Shown here: positions 12,421 through 23,750 of the stretch, piece after piece
Position numbering within the stretch: position 1 is the first letter of the stretch
Layout of the letters: each line of letters begins with the position of its first letter
From: Macrostomum lignano
Taxonomy: Eukaryota
Reading direction: 5' to 3'
DNA: 46,853 bases
NCBI GenBank assembly: GCA_002269645.1
Contig: NIVC01004409.1
Coordinates: forward strand, 1-46,853
Program-made: the position numbers and the translations under genes
The notes under the pieces: model-generated
What the model was told of the DNA's origin: nothing
What the model saw: the letters and a program-made list of their open reading frames with translations, nothing else
The model's database searches: none

Positions 12421-13511
12421 CCGGCAGTCGCTCAGCCAGCGCTGCGAGTCACAAGTGACTGGCAATGGAAATACTAGCAGAGTAACTTTGCGTTTAACAA
12501 ACGCAAAGAAGAAAAGCTGATTTTCAGCACAGCAAACGCTCACTACAATTATCGATCAGCTAATTCAGGCTTAGAAAATAGAAAACACCAGTCCGCATGA
12601 AAGATTCAGCCAGTAATGTGTATCGTTTTCTTGCATATTTCACTTTCTGCAAAAAATCACCGCCAAAAATTCATAAAAGGCTAAGAAATCAATTAGCAGT
12701 TGCAATGGTGTTACAAAATGTATACGCAAGAAGTTGAAGCAATAATAATTTAATCATAAAATGTATTGATAAGTTCAGATAAAAATTGTTAAATAGACAA
12801 CTAGAGACACTTATGTACACTTGATTACCATGATTTCAATGCACGATTACTAAACAGGTTAATCCGACACTCTGAGCTTGGAGTGCACAATTAAAGATAA
12901 AAATATGACAGGCTGACAAACTGTCAGACAATGTCAGATGGGAAAATTTGGGTCAGAAACGCCGGAAAGACAGTTGAAAACAATGGAGAAAGATCGGGGC
13001 AGAGTAGCGGTATGACTGAATTAGAAAAAATGCTTTGCAAAACTTAATTACATATTACTCATTGTAGTACAGATTGAACTGACAATGCTATATTGAATCA
13101 AGGTCACTTTAAAGTCAGATTAGGACTTGCAGAGGTGAAAAAAATTGAACACCTAGGATAAAAATCGCTACAGTTGACACACGGTTACTGAGTCAATTAA
13201 GGTCACAATCCATACGAGTCAGTGATACAGTCTAAGAGTTTGCAGGGTCAGTTAAGGTCACAGGGGTCAATTAAGGTCACAATCCATAAAAGTCAATGAT
13301 ACAGTCTGAGTCTGCAGGGTCAGTCAAGGTCACAGAGGTCATTTAAGGCCACGATCAGTAAGAGAATCAATACGGTCTTACGTTTTTCATGGTCACGATG
13401 GTCAATTAAGGTCAAAATAAAAAACAGAGTATATTTTATCTAAAGAGATTTCAGGGTCAAACAAGGACATAAAGATTGAATTCTAGACTGTGATAAAAGG
13501 CCAACCCCAGA

Positions 13512-16500
13512 TTAAGACTCGGCTATGACTTCGGCAGCAGCTAGCAGGTAAGCCAGATTGTTGCTAAGCCGATCGGTTGGTCCCGAGGGTCGAACTCCGG
13601 ACCTAGAGGCGACTTCGTCCTCTAGGCGAGCGAACGAAGCCGATTCAGCGCGCAGCTTGTCTCTCTGGCGGCACAGGTGCGACCAGAGCTCCTGGGAGTG
13701 ATACAGCGGCATCAGCTGGCCCAGCAGCTGCGACTCGCGCTCGGCGGACAGTCCGCTAGACCGGTGAGCACTGCTCAAGCTGGCCAAGTCCGACCTGCCG
13801 GTTGAAATTAGACACTCAAGATTAGCAATCCACTCTATTCCTTCATGAGTGATGTTGGCTAGATTAGCAATCCACTCTATTTCTTCATCAGTGATGTTGG
13901 CTAGATTAGCAATCCATTCTATTCTTTCATCAGTGATGTTGGCTAGATTAGCAATCCATTCTATTCCTTTATCAGTGATGTTGGCTAGATTAGCAATCCA
14001 TTCTATTCCTTCATCAGTGATGTTGGCTAGATTAGCAATCCATTCTATTCCTTCATCAGTGATGCTGGCTAGATTAGCAATCCATTCTATTCCTTCATCA
14101 GTGATGTTGGCTAGATTAGCAATCCATTCTATTCCTTCATCAGTGATGCTGGCTAGATTAGCAAACCATTATATTCCTTTCATCAGTGATGTTGGCTAGA
14201 TTAGCAATACATTCTATTCCATCAGTGATGTTGGCTAGATTAGCAATACATTCTATTCCTTCATGAGTGACGCTGGCTAGATTAGCAATCCATTCTATTC
14301 CTTCATCAGTGATGCTGGCTAGATTAGCAATCCATTCTGTTCCTTCATCAGTGATGCTGGCTAGATTAGCAATCCATTCTGTTCCTTCATCAGTGATGCT
14401 GGCTAGATTAGCAATCCATTCTACTTCTTGCCCACCCGGCCAGGCCACCCCACTTGCCTGTAGCTGCAGTAGATCCGGTACTCCAGCAGGGATTTCAGCA
14501 GCAGCACGCAAATCTCCGTCAGGCGGGCGACGCCGCTTGCCTCGCCGCCGTCCTCGGCAGGCTGGCGCCGCCGATCTCGCTCGGCAAAAGCGCGGCCGTG
14601 CTGCCGGACAAACCCGGCCACGTCTCTGTAGATCCGACGGGCGTCAGACGCCGGCAACTGCCGTCGGTCCTCGGCCACCCAGCAGCCGGCCAAGTATGTG
14701 GCCGCCGATTCCAGGAAACAGCGGCGCCGATGCCGATCTCCGGCACCGTTGCTGGGGCCACCGGCGCCGCCTTCGTTGCCGTCAAGTTGCTGACGGAGCG
14801 ACTTGGCCCGTCGGAAAAGCGACTCGCGCGACTCCTGAAGCCAGCGCTGCTCCAGAGCGTCGGCCCGGGCAGCCTGCAGCCGCTCCAGCTGCAGCAGCGA
14901 GTCGCCAGCCGGCACAGCCGCCGATGCCGACGCAGCTGCCGCAGTGGAAGTCGAAGGCGCAACGGCGGCCGCTGCGGCGGCTGCGGCGGCGGCGGCCAAC
15001 TCGGCTGAGGACTGCACCGGCGGCACGGCGGCCGTGGGGCGCAGCGGCGGCGGAACGTCCTCCGTCTGGGTGGCGGCCTCCTCGACGCAGGCTGGCCGAG
15101 GCTGCCGCCGCTGCCGCTCCAAGTATTTCAACGGCACGGACAGCTGCAGGCCGCTTTGGTGCCTGACGGGCGGATGCGGCGGGCAGGAAAGCCTTGGCCG
15201 CTTAGCGACTGACGCTGGCGATGACAAATAGAGGTCAGAGTCGGCGTCCGCGGCGTCGGCAAGATGCATGTCGGTGGCCGCCGTGCCGGACGTGGCTGTG
15301 GAGTCAGTCCTCCGCCTGTGCGGCTTGCGCTTCACTGCGGGACCGGCGGCGGCGGCGGCAGAAATCGCGTTTGAGAAGCGAAGCGACAACGGCGCGTCCT
15401 CGGAGTCGTTCCAGACCGAGTCCTGCGGCTCCTGTGGCGTCGGCTTTGGCTGGGAAGGACGGCAGTTCAGGTTGGGGAAAGATTGGGATTTCAATATCGC
15501 AACCCTAGCGCAATCCCTTCTGTGACATAGGCGATTCTGCCCATTAAGCTGGTCTATGTGCCTCTCTGGGGTTGGCCCTCATGGATGTGTTCCCAGTGAC
15601 TGAAACACTGTGAGGGATGCTTGGAGTGACTGAAACACTGTGAGGGATGCTTGGAGTGACTGAAACACTGTGAGGGATGCTTGGAGTGACTGAAACACTG
15701 TGAGGGATGCTTGGAGTGACTGAAACACTGTGAGGGATGCTTGGAGTGACTGAAACACTGTGAGGGATGCTTGGAGTGACTGAAACACTGTGAGGGATGC
15801 TTGGAGTGACTGAAACACTGTGAGGGATGCTTGGAGTGACTGAAACACTGTGAGGGATGCTTGGAGTGACTGAAACACTGTGAGGGATGCTTGGAGTGAC
15901 TGAAACACTGTGAGGGATGCTTGGAGTGACTGAAACACTGTGAGGGATGCTTGGAGTGACTGAAACACTGTGAGGGATGCTTGGAGTGACTGAAACACTG
16001 TGATACACAGCACAGCACACTTTGATGCGTATAAAATAAAAGAAGAAAATGCTGCAATTCACTGAAAAGACATGCACGGGTAGAATTTTCTTTCTGTTAA
16101 GCTGCATTGCAATTGCAATTTACAATTGCAATTTGCCAACGAAACAGGCGATAGGCGCCCAAATTGCTCGGTAATTATCTTGTCCCATCTGGCGCTCCCC
16201 GGCAAACGAGGCAAAAAATATGATAAGCATCCATCCTGCGATTCGGCAAAGTTAAATTCTAGGATTAATAGGGTCTAGGATCTAGAGTCTCGCATAATAA
16301 TATTCCTCAAATCCCACTTTTAATCTGGGGTTTCATGTCCTCAAATCCCACTTAATCTGGGATTTCATCAGTTTCTCAAATCCCATTAAATCTGGGATTT
16401 CATCAGTTCCTCAAATCTCAATAAATGAGGGATTTCATCAGTTCCTCAAATCCCATTAAATCTGGGATTTTATCAGTTCCTCAAATCCCACTAAATGTGG

Positions 16501-18790
16501 GATTTCATCAGTTCCTCAAATCTCAATAAATGAGGGATTTCATCAGTTCCTCAAATCTCAATAAATGTGGGATTTCATCAGTTCCTCAAATCCCACTAAA
16601 TGTGGGATTTCATCAGTTCCTCAAATCTCAATAAATGAGGGATTTCATCAGTTCCTCAAATCTCAATAAATGTGGGATTTCATCAGTTCCTCAAATCTCA
16701 ATAAATGTGGGATTTCATCAGTTCCTCAAATCTCAATAAATGAGGGATTTCATCAGTTCCTCAAATCTCAATAAATGTGGGATTTCATCAGTTCCTCAAA
16801 TCTCAATAAATGTGGGATTTCATCAGTTCCTCAAATCTCAATAAATGTGGGATTTCATCAGTTCCTCAAATCTCAATAAATGAGGGATTTCATCAGTTCC
16901 TCAAATCTCAATAAATGTGGGATTTCATCATACATGCGCAACCTCCGAAATTCGGTCGGCCATGCGACTTAGTTTTAACAAAAATGCGACGTAGTTTTTG
17001 ACCAAAAATGCGACTTACATGAAAAAAAACCCGAAAGCAAAATTAACGCAACTTTGGGTAAACGGCAGGAGTAACTATAACTGTCTTATTAAGCCAAAAT
17101 GCCTCGTCAGCTACTTAGTACTACTAAGTACTAAGTTTTCGGGTGGGCATTTTTGCGACCTCCTTGGTTGGCCGCCAAATCGGTCGGCCGGATCGGTCGA
17201 CTCGGCCGACTGTTGCGCGTGTATGGATTTCATCAGTTCCTCAAATCTCAATAAATGTGGGATTTCATCAGTTCCTCAAATCTCAATAAATGAGGGATTT
17301 CACCAGTTCCTCAAATCTCAATAAATGTGGGATTTCATCAGTTCCTCAAATCCCACTAAATGTGGGATTTCATCAGTTCCTCAAATCTCAATAAATGTGG
17401 GATTTCATCAGTTCCTCAAATCTCAATAAATGTGGGATTTCATCAGTTCCTCAAATCCCACTATATCTGGGATTTCATCAGTTCCTCAAATCCCACTATA
17501 TCTGGGATTTCATCAGTTCCTCAAATCTCAATAAATGTGGGATTTCAGCAGTTCCTCAAATCTCAATAAATGTGGGATTTCATCAGTTCCTCAAATCCCA
17601 TTAAATCTGGGAATTCATCAGTTCCTCAAATCCCACTAAATCCGGGAACACAAGTTTCGGACTACACAGATAAACAAGGACTCACCGAGGCGCCAGAATC
17701 AGGATCCGTTAACCGAGCCAACCGCACCTGACGTGCCTCTCTCGCATAATCAACATTGTCAACTGTGAGCTGCCGCGGCGACACCAGACATGGCTGGGTG
17801 CAGGTGGACTCTGCGTCCGACATGCTGCCGTCCGCGGCTCCGAGGTTTCCGTGAGTCGGGCTCGGCGGGAGCGGCCGCAACGGCGGCGAGGAGGCGGCAT
17901 CGGCGGCTACGAGGCGATGAGCGCGGCGGAAGAATTGCAGGCAGCGTCGAATCTCTGCCTCCTGATGCCGCAGCGGCCGCGGCGGCTGTTGCTGCTGGAA
18001 CGGCGACGCCTCGGAGCCGAGGGCCGGCGACCAGCCGAGAGAGCCGCCACAGTTCGACTGTCGGCCGACGCTGGAGCCGCCCGGAGTGTCGGCGGCTGAG
18101 GAATTCGCGGCGGGGGCAACGGCGGCTGCGGCAGAGGCGGTCGACCCAAGCGCGGAGTTTACAGGCGGCAAAGAGCCAGTTGATGTCGACACAGGGGTGA
18201 GGCTGCGGTGTGTTGGTGATTAAATTGGCTTGGATTGGAGTAGGGTGGCGCTTATTGGGGCGCTTGACATGCTTAGGGTAGAGCGCTTATGACACGCTTA
18301 GGGTAGAGCGCTTATGACACGCTTAGGGTAGAGCGCTTATGATTATGACACGCTTAGGGTAGAGCGCTTATGATTATGACACGCTTAGGGTAGAGCGCTA
18401 CACTAATAACACGCTTAGGGGGTAGAGCGTTTATGACACGCTTAGAGTAGAGCGCCGACACCCTCACCTTCTGCGAGCATGGACTTTGCCATTAGCAGTT
18501 CTGGCAGCCGAGCTAGAAGCGCTCAAAGGGGTGGGCGTGAGGTCGCCGCTAACCAGAGGCGAAGGTTGCGAAGCAGCTGGTCGATGCTTCATCATAATTT
18601 GCTGCCTCTGCAACTGCTGCTGCTGCTGGTGTTGATGGCGCTGATGATTGCGCAGGTAGGCCTCTTGCACGCCCGGATAGATTTTGTCTATGGTAATTTT
18701 GTGCTGCTTGCAGGCGTTCATAACAGCGTGATAGTCGCCAAATATAGCGCTCATCTGGTCGTGCCATCTGGGGTCGCTGATTGCCGACAT
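13512..18790 (-). CDS. AFF: AF4/FMR2 family (AFF, lilliputian-like) super-elongation-complex scaffold, at least 4 exons, 704 aa from the first in-frame ATG
   Basis: Exons 18790-18468, 18202-17686, 15449-14458 (GC donor), 13794-13512; phases 2, 0, 2 are consistent. N-terminal QMSAIFGDYHAVM resembles AFF RIQ.MLGNY.E. The C-terminal homology domain is recognisable: AKSLRQQLD, FLESAATYLAGC, IYRDVAGFVR, RLTEICVLLLKSLLEYRIY, LYHSQELW, SFARLEDEV. An upstream coding exon is possible (acceptor at 18830). Confidence 0.75.
13817..14423. repeat. 42-bp minisatellite, same unit as 6767-7918, about 14 copies
   Basis: Directly visible; fills the last AFF intron. Confidence 0.95.
15595..16003. repeat. Perfect 30-bp tandem array (agtgactgaaacactgtgagggatgcttgg), about 13.5 copies
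   Basis: Identical units with no spacers. Confidence 0.97.
16929..17225 (+). mobile_element. Non-autonomous DNA transposon (MITE), 297 bp, 14-bp TIR CATACAYGCGCAAC, 8-bp TSD gatttcat (hAT- or P-like)
   Basis: TIRs at both ends; TSD at 16921-16928 and 17226-17233; the host repeat unit resumes exactly after it. Superfamily inferred from TSD length only. Orientation label is arbitrary. Confidence 0.9.
17056..17119 (+). pseudogene. 28S rRNA-derived fragment (helix 69 / R2 and I-PpoI target region) inside the MITE
   Basis: GGGTAAACGGCAGGAGTAACTATAACTGTCTTATTAAGCCAAAATGCCTCGTCAGCTACTTAGT versus the conserved eukaryotic LSU GGGTAAACGGCGGGAGTAACTATGACTCTCTTAAGGTAGCCAAATGCCTCGTCATCTAATTAGT (recalled from memory): 52/64 ungapped identities by hand count. 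Not a functional rRNA gene. Confidence 0.8.
18268..18454. repeat. About 25-bp minisatellite (gcgcttatgacacgcttagggtaga)n
   Basis: Directly visible; in an AFF intron. Confidence 0.9.
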
Positions 18791-20494
18791 TGGAGCTGGC
18801 TTGCCAAGCACTGCCAAGAGACTTTTGGAGCTTTAAAGATTGCCAGCAGGAATGCTATTGGCTGGCGATGGTCTCCAACTGGGCTTTAAAGCAATTTAAA
18901 TATTGATTAGTAACTTTGTATCTTGTAGTTTCGTTTAATATCCAAAATTCCATACTGGTCATCAGTCATTAATTGTTTCATGCTTTGCTTCTCTTTGCAC
19001 ATCAGATATTTCTCTTTAAGCAATATCAACCAATCCATATTTAAGCTGTATCTCTTTGGCTTCAACTATATAATGCTTTTTTCTTTTGATTTGTTAGCTA
19101 TTTGATCACTTCTACAAGTTGTTCCATTTTTTCTTCTATCTTTACATGTTTTTCTTTTGCTTTATTATCTTTTTGTAAGTTTTTGTCTTATATACCTCTA
19201 TACAATTTGCAACATACCTAATTGGCTATCCTGTCACCTAGCCAGATCAGCCAGGTGTTATGCTTTGTGTTATGTATCTATATATATATAGGGATATGCT
19301 TAATATATAAAAAATAATCAAATTAACAAAATTAACTGTCAATCTTTTCTTCAAGATAGTACTTGTTAAAACAGCTAGGCAATTTATAATTATAATAGAA
19401 AACCTTGACAATATTTTATTAAGCTGTGTGCTTTGGAAAGAAAAAGAAATCGAATCAATTTCAAAGTTTTATTATTTATTATTTTCATTGTTTAGTTTTT
19501 CCTTAGACTAGGCTCTTAGAAAATAGGGCCTAGATATATAAAGATTACTAAATAAATTATATTGGATTGGATTGGATATTACTTTATTAACTAATAAATG
19601 TATAGTTAAGTCTAAGAGCAAATTAAGTTTGGCAGATGACTATCTACAAAACTACTATTTATTTTAAAAGGTGATTATGACTAGGACCTATGTAGGACTA
19701 AAGTAAAAGGTCACTAACAACTATAATTAATAGATAGCATGTTAATTTTTTATTTATCCCTTTGGTTTTACTCTTGGCAAGTTCAATATAGATGGCAAAC
19801 AATAAAATATCACATTTTTTAGATTAAATAATACTTGAGTCTTAATTTGTTTCAAGTTGAGATCTATATAGATCCTGATGATCAACATTGAGATTGAGAT
19901 CTTGTCTAATCCCTAGTGTAGGCCTAATAGAAGAAAAATATTAGGCCTAGGAGAACAAGACAAGGAAAAATTTTGATTTGTTATTGCAAAGTTGTTTTGT
20001 TGCTCTCTCAACAAAAATATTAGACAGGATATGGACTACATCTATATAGGCTATAGCCATAGACCAATAAGTATAACTAGACTGCGCATCTAGCATTGCC
20101 TATCTAGGCTCATTTTTTGACAAAATGACAAAGCAAAAACTGGTCCTCTCTACCCTATCCCAAAACAATTGATATCAGTGGTCTAGGGAAGACTGGCCCT
20201 TTTTCAGCTGTCTGCCTTTTTTAAAATAACATTTACATTAATGTGGTCTAAGGATTAAAAAAGTAATGCTATACTAGTTTTAAAGAGCTAGGAAAAGAAC
20301 TTTATTAAAAATATATAATTGCTCAAAATGAAATGAAAGAACAATCTGAATCTGTTAAATTGTCGGGAAAAGAAAAGGAAATCATGGCAGCTTTTGCTAT
20401 GCTGTTGGCTGCTCAAACAATGCAGCAATATCTTTGGTGGTGGTAGGAATGTCTCTCCTTACTTTGTAGCAATACCTCCTCACTGTATCCAGAT

Positions 20495-20652
20495 CATACA
20501 TGCGCAACAGTTGGCCAAGTCGGCTGATCCGGCCGACCGATTTGGTGGCCAACCATTGTAAGTCACAAAAATGCCCACCCGAATAAATCAAAAGTAGTAC
20601 TAAGTAGATGACGAGTAGATGATAACTGAATTTTGGAGGTTGCACATGTATG
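20495..20652 (-). mobile_element. Second, internally deleted copy (158 bp) of the same MITE, opposite orientation, 8-bp TSD atccagat
   Basis: TIRs CATACATGCGCAAC / GTTGCACATGTATG; TSD at 20487-20494 and 20653-20660; both subterminal regions align to copy 1 as reverse complement. Confidence 0.9.
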
Positions 20653-21523
20653 ATCCAGATGCCTAGAGTCCTTTTAGACTTTTGTAAAAGACAGTTATGG
20701 AAATGAGAAAAAAAGTGGCTAATAGTGCTGAGATCCCGGCATTTAGATTTCAACTTTCTTGGATATGTTGCATATGTTGAAACTGATTTGAAACCAATGG
20801 CAGTACTTGGGAACATTTGTTTGGCCAAACAGAGGAAATATAGAATAGAAATATGTAGATGTTACAAGTACAGAAAAGCCTTGGACTCAGACAAAGCAAT
20901 AAGTTTCACTCAGCATTTAGGCAACGGCTAGTGCATACTGGAGGTGGGATTCTCTGGTCTGCTAGTCTAAATATGAAGCAACAAGGTGCCACCATTCAAT
21001 TTTCTTTGTCATGCCTACCATTATTAGCTGAATCAACATAGAAGTAATAGAAGCTGAAAGTTCAGAATGAAATGGGACTGGAGTCTTGAAAATTGAAATT
21101 ATCCACTGTAAAATGTATCTAAATTGTGATATTTGCCAGTCTATTGTATACTATATTGCAAGCATAGTTGTGCAAAGCATATTGAAATTTATTGAATATG
21201 TTCCATATAGGTCAGCTTTGACTACCAGCTCTAAGATGCCAATAGCTTTTTGTGCCTTTTGCTTATTTGTTGCCTTGAAACATGTTTTAAACAAGGAAAG
21301 AACTGGCAGCTCAATATTTTTTATCAGTGATATCTTCCAGGTCTTACTCAGTGCTAAGTCTATTATTTAATATGCTAGCTATAATTAGCCAATTTTCCAA
21401 TGACATAGAAGTTTACAAGACTGCGCATATTAAGAAATCTGTTCCTTGAGCTTGATTTGCATTTGGCATCTGCAAGCAATGGCATTGAGTCGCACAAGCT
21501 ATATCTGATTTAATTTATAGCTA

Positions 21524-22842
21524 CGAGAGGCATCAAAAAGTTTTGGCAATTGACCTAATATCTCCAAAAGTACATATCACAAAGCATTGAAATTTTTTTA
21601 CAAAATTGCAGACATATATTGGTTTTAACCATAGAGTGACTTTTTTCCCTTGAATGTGTTATACTTGCACATGGGCAATGCAAGGTGGTGCTCTGCCAAA
21701 AATGGAGCCAGTGCAACCAGACCAGTATTGATTCTACATTTTCATGCACTCACAACTCGGAGAAAGCGCAGTCACAATCCATGCAGACCTGGTCCAGGTA
21801 GTCAGAGACCAAGCCCCTTCCTATTGCATGGTCACCAGGTGGATAGAGTCCATCAACACCGGACAGGCCTCCTTGAATGATGACCCCCAGTCTGGATGAC
21901 CCAGCATAGCTGTGACTGAAGCCAACATGGCTGCTGTCAAGGCTCTAGTGGATAAGGATCCAAACATTACCATTGCTGTGATTAGCGAGACTGTTGGTAT
22001 TTCTGATGGCAGTGCGGACACTATACTGCATAGCCACCTGGGCCTCCGCAAGGTCACTGCCTGCTGGGTGTCCCACCTCCTGACAGAAGAGCAGAAGAAG
22101 GAGAGGGTGCAGTGTAGCTAGGAATTTCTGTGCAACTTTGGTCTAGGAGGCAGCCAGATGCCTTCTGACATTGTTACAGGTAATAAGAAATGGTTTTTTA
22201 TTTTCAAGTGCCCCAAAAGATGCAGAACAAGGCCTGGGTAGGCTCTGGAGATGTGAGGCCGACTGTCCTGCAGTCCAGCGTTCAGTCCCAGAAGGAGATT
22301 TTTATCATCTTCATCAGCATATCTGGGACCATGGCCGTCATCATGGTGCCTAATGGACTAAATGTGAATGCCAGCTTCTACTCTGGTATGGTTCTGCCAC
22401 AAGTCATGGCATCACTTCATGTAACTCAGCCCTCACAGCTTCAAGCTGGGCAAGTTCACCTGCACTATGACAATGCGTCCAGTCACACAGCAGCCCTGAT
22501 GACCAACTTTCTAGCAGCCAACAATATCAAGACCATCTGCCACCCACCCTACAGTCCTGGCTTGGCTCTTTGCAATTTCTAGGTGTTTGCCAAGCTGACT
22601 GAACAGCTGGCAGGACGGAATTTTCACCATTGCCAAGACCTGGCTAAGTGCATCAATTTAGAGCTGAAGGCCATACCTGTTTCTGAGTACTATGGCGCAT
22701 TCAAAGCATGTATTTGGCGGCACCAAAAGTGCATTAAGAGAGGGGGAGACTACAATGAAGGATTGTAACATATTTAGTTGTTCTTTGCAGTTATTGTTTT
22801 TTAATAGTTGACCAGTTGCCAAAACTTTTTAAGTACCTCTCA
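21524..22842 (+). mobile_element. Full-length inactive mariner (DD34D) transposon, about 1.3 kb
   Basis: TA at 21522-21523 and 22843-22844; imperfect ~35-bp TIRs (CGAGAGGCATCAAAAAGTTTTGGCAA versus the reverse complement TGAGAGGTACTTAAAAAGTTTTGGCAA). Transposase 21702-22768 has WVSH (WVPH), VTGNKKW (TGDETW), HYDNA and HPPYSPGLALCNF (YSPDLAP.DF), with several in-frame stops and a frameshift near 22195. Confidence 0.92.
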
Positions 22843-23750
22843 TATGAACTAACTAAAGAACTTTTATGCACAAGAACAATACAAAGATTGCTTCAAGCTT
22901 AAGACTAAAAGCTAGTTCCAAAAAAAACTAATAGGCCTAATAACTTATATTTTTAAAACCTTGTGAAGGTGAGCTTAGAATTTGATGGCTCTTAGATATT
23001 TAGGCCTACTCTTATTGTTTCTATTATATTTATAACAAAAAGGTCTCATTTTGTTGGCAAGCATTTATTAAGTTATTATAGTTTTTGATAAATTATTCAT
23101 TAAAATAATATAGCATATTCAAACTGCTTAATTATTAAACTTCATATAAATTAAGTTAGCTAACTATCGTCTATCAATCCATGTCCAATGGCAAAAGGCA
23201 ATATAATGGGCCCAATGACTGAGGGGTAGGAAAGGAAGGGAAGCCTTTAATATTAATTATGATAGATGGGAGCTAAGGTACCATTTTTCCTACTTGGAAA
23301 AAGGTAGGCCTACACATTTCTTGCCTAACATATGCAATCTAGTTATACTTATTGGTCTATGGCTATAGGTAAAGTTGATAAAGTTGGCCTAGCTAAAGAA
23401 ATATAGGCCCTAGGCCAAGGGCATAAAGAGGAGAGATAAGGGGGGATGTATCCCACCCAAAGAGCCTAACCAAAACTTTTTTGTTGCCCTTTGTTGCTAT
23501 ACATGCTACCATGTGACTCTGTCATAGCACTTTTACCTTGGTATATCCCCCCATAGAAAATTCACCTTGGTGTATCCCTTCCTAGTAGGAAATTCCTAGC
23601 TATGTCCCTGATATAGGCCTCAGCTAGGTTTTTTTTCGCCAGAGACAAGGTGTGAAATTGCACCTTGTGCCAAATTTCAAGGTGCGATTTTAAGGCTCAG
23701 AGTGCAATTTCTCTTGAGTCTTGTTTCAGACAACTGGGAATGTATATTTT

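Larger units (their letters stand above)
16305..17646. repeat. 35-bp minisatellite (gggatttcatcagttcctcaaatctcaataaatgt)n interrupted by a MITE
   Basis: Directly visible on both sides of the insertion at 16929-17225. Confidence 0.95.

Noticed and set aside
11929-12520. CLSV/TDRQ repeat ORFs
   Set aside because: Translation of the (TCTG)n microsatellite.
14267-15525. Long plus-strand ORFs opposite the AFF exon
   Set aside because: Antisense shadows of a GC-rich coding exon; no independent motifs or splice support.
17056-17119. Functional rRNA gene
   Set aside because: Only 64 bp, diverged and embedded in a MITE; kept as a fragment and a finding.
15595-17646. 30-bp and 35-bp arrays as possible CRISPR repeats
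   Set aside because: Head-to-tail repeats without unique spacers, no cas genes and a eukaryotic context.
18950-21400. Degenerate coding-like patches on the minus strand (for example LDTVRRYCYKVRRDIPTTTKDIAALFEQ)
   Set aside because: Multiple stops and no motif I can assign; possibly old TE debris but unsupported.
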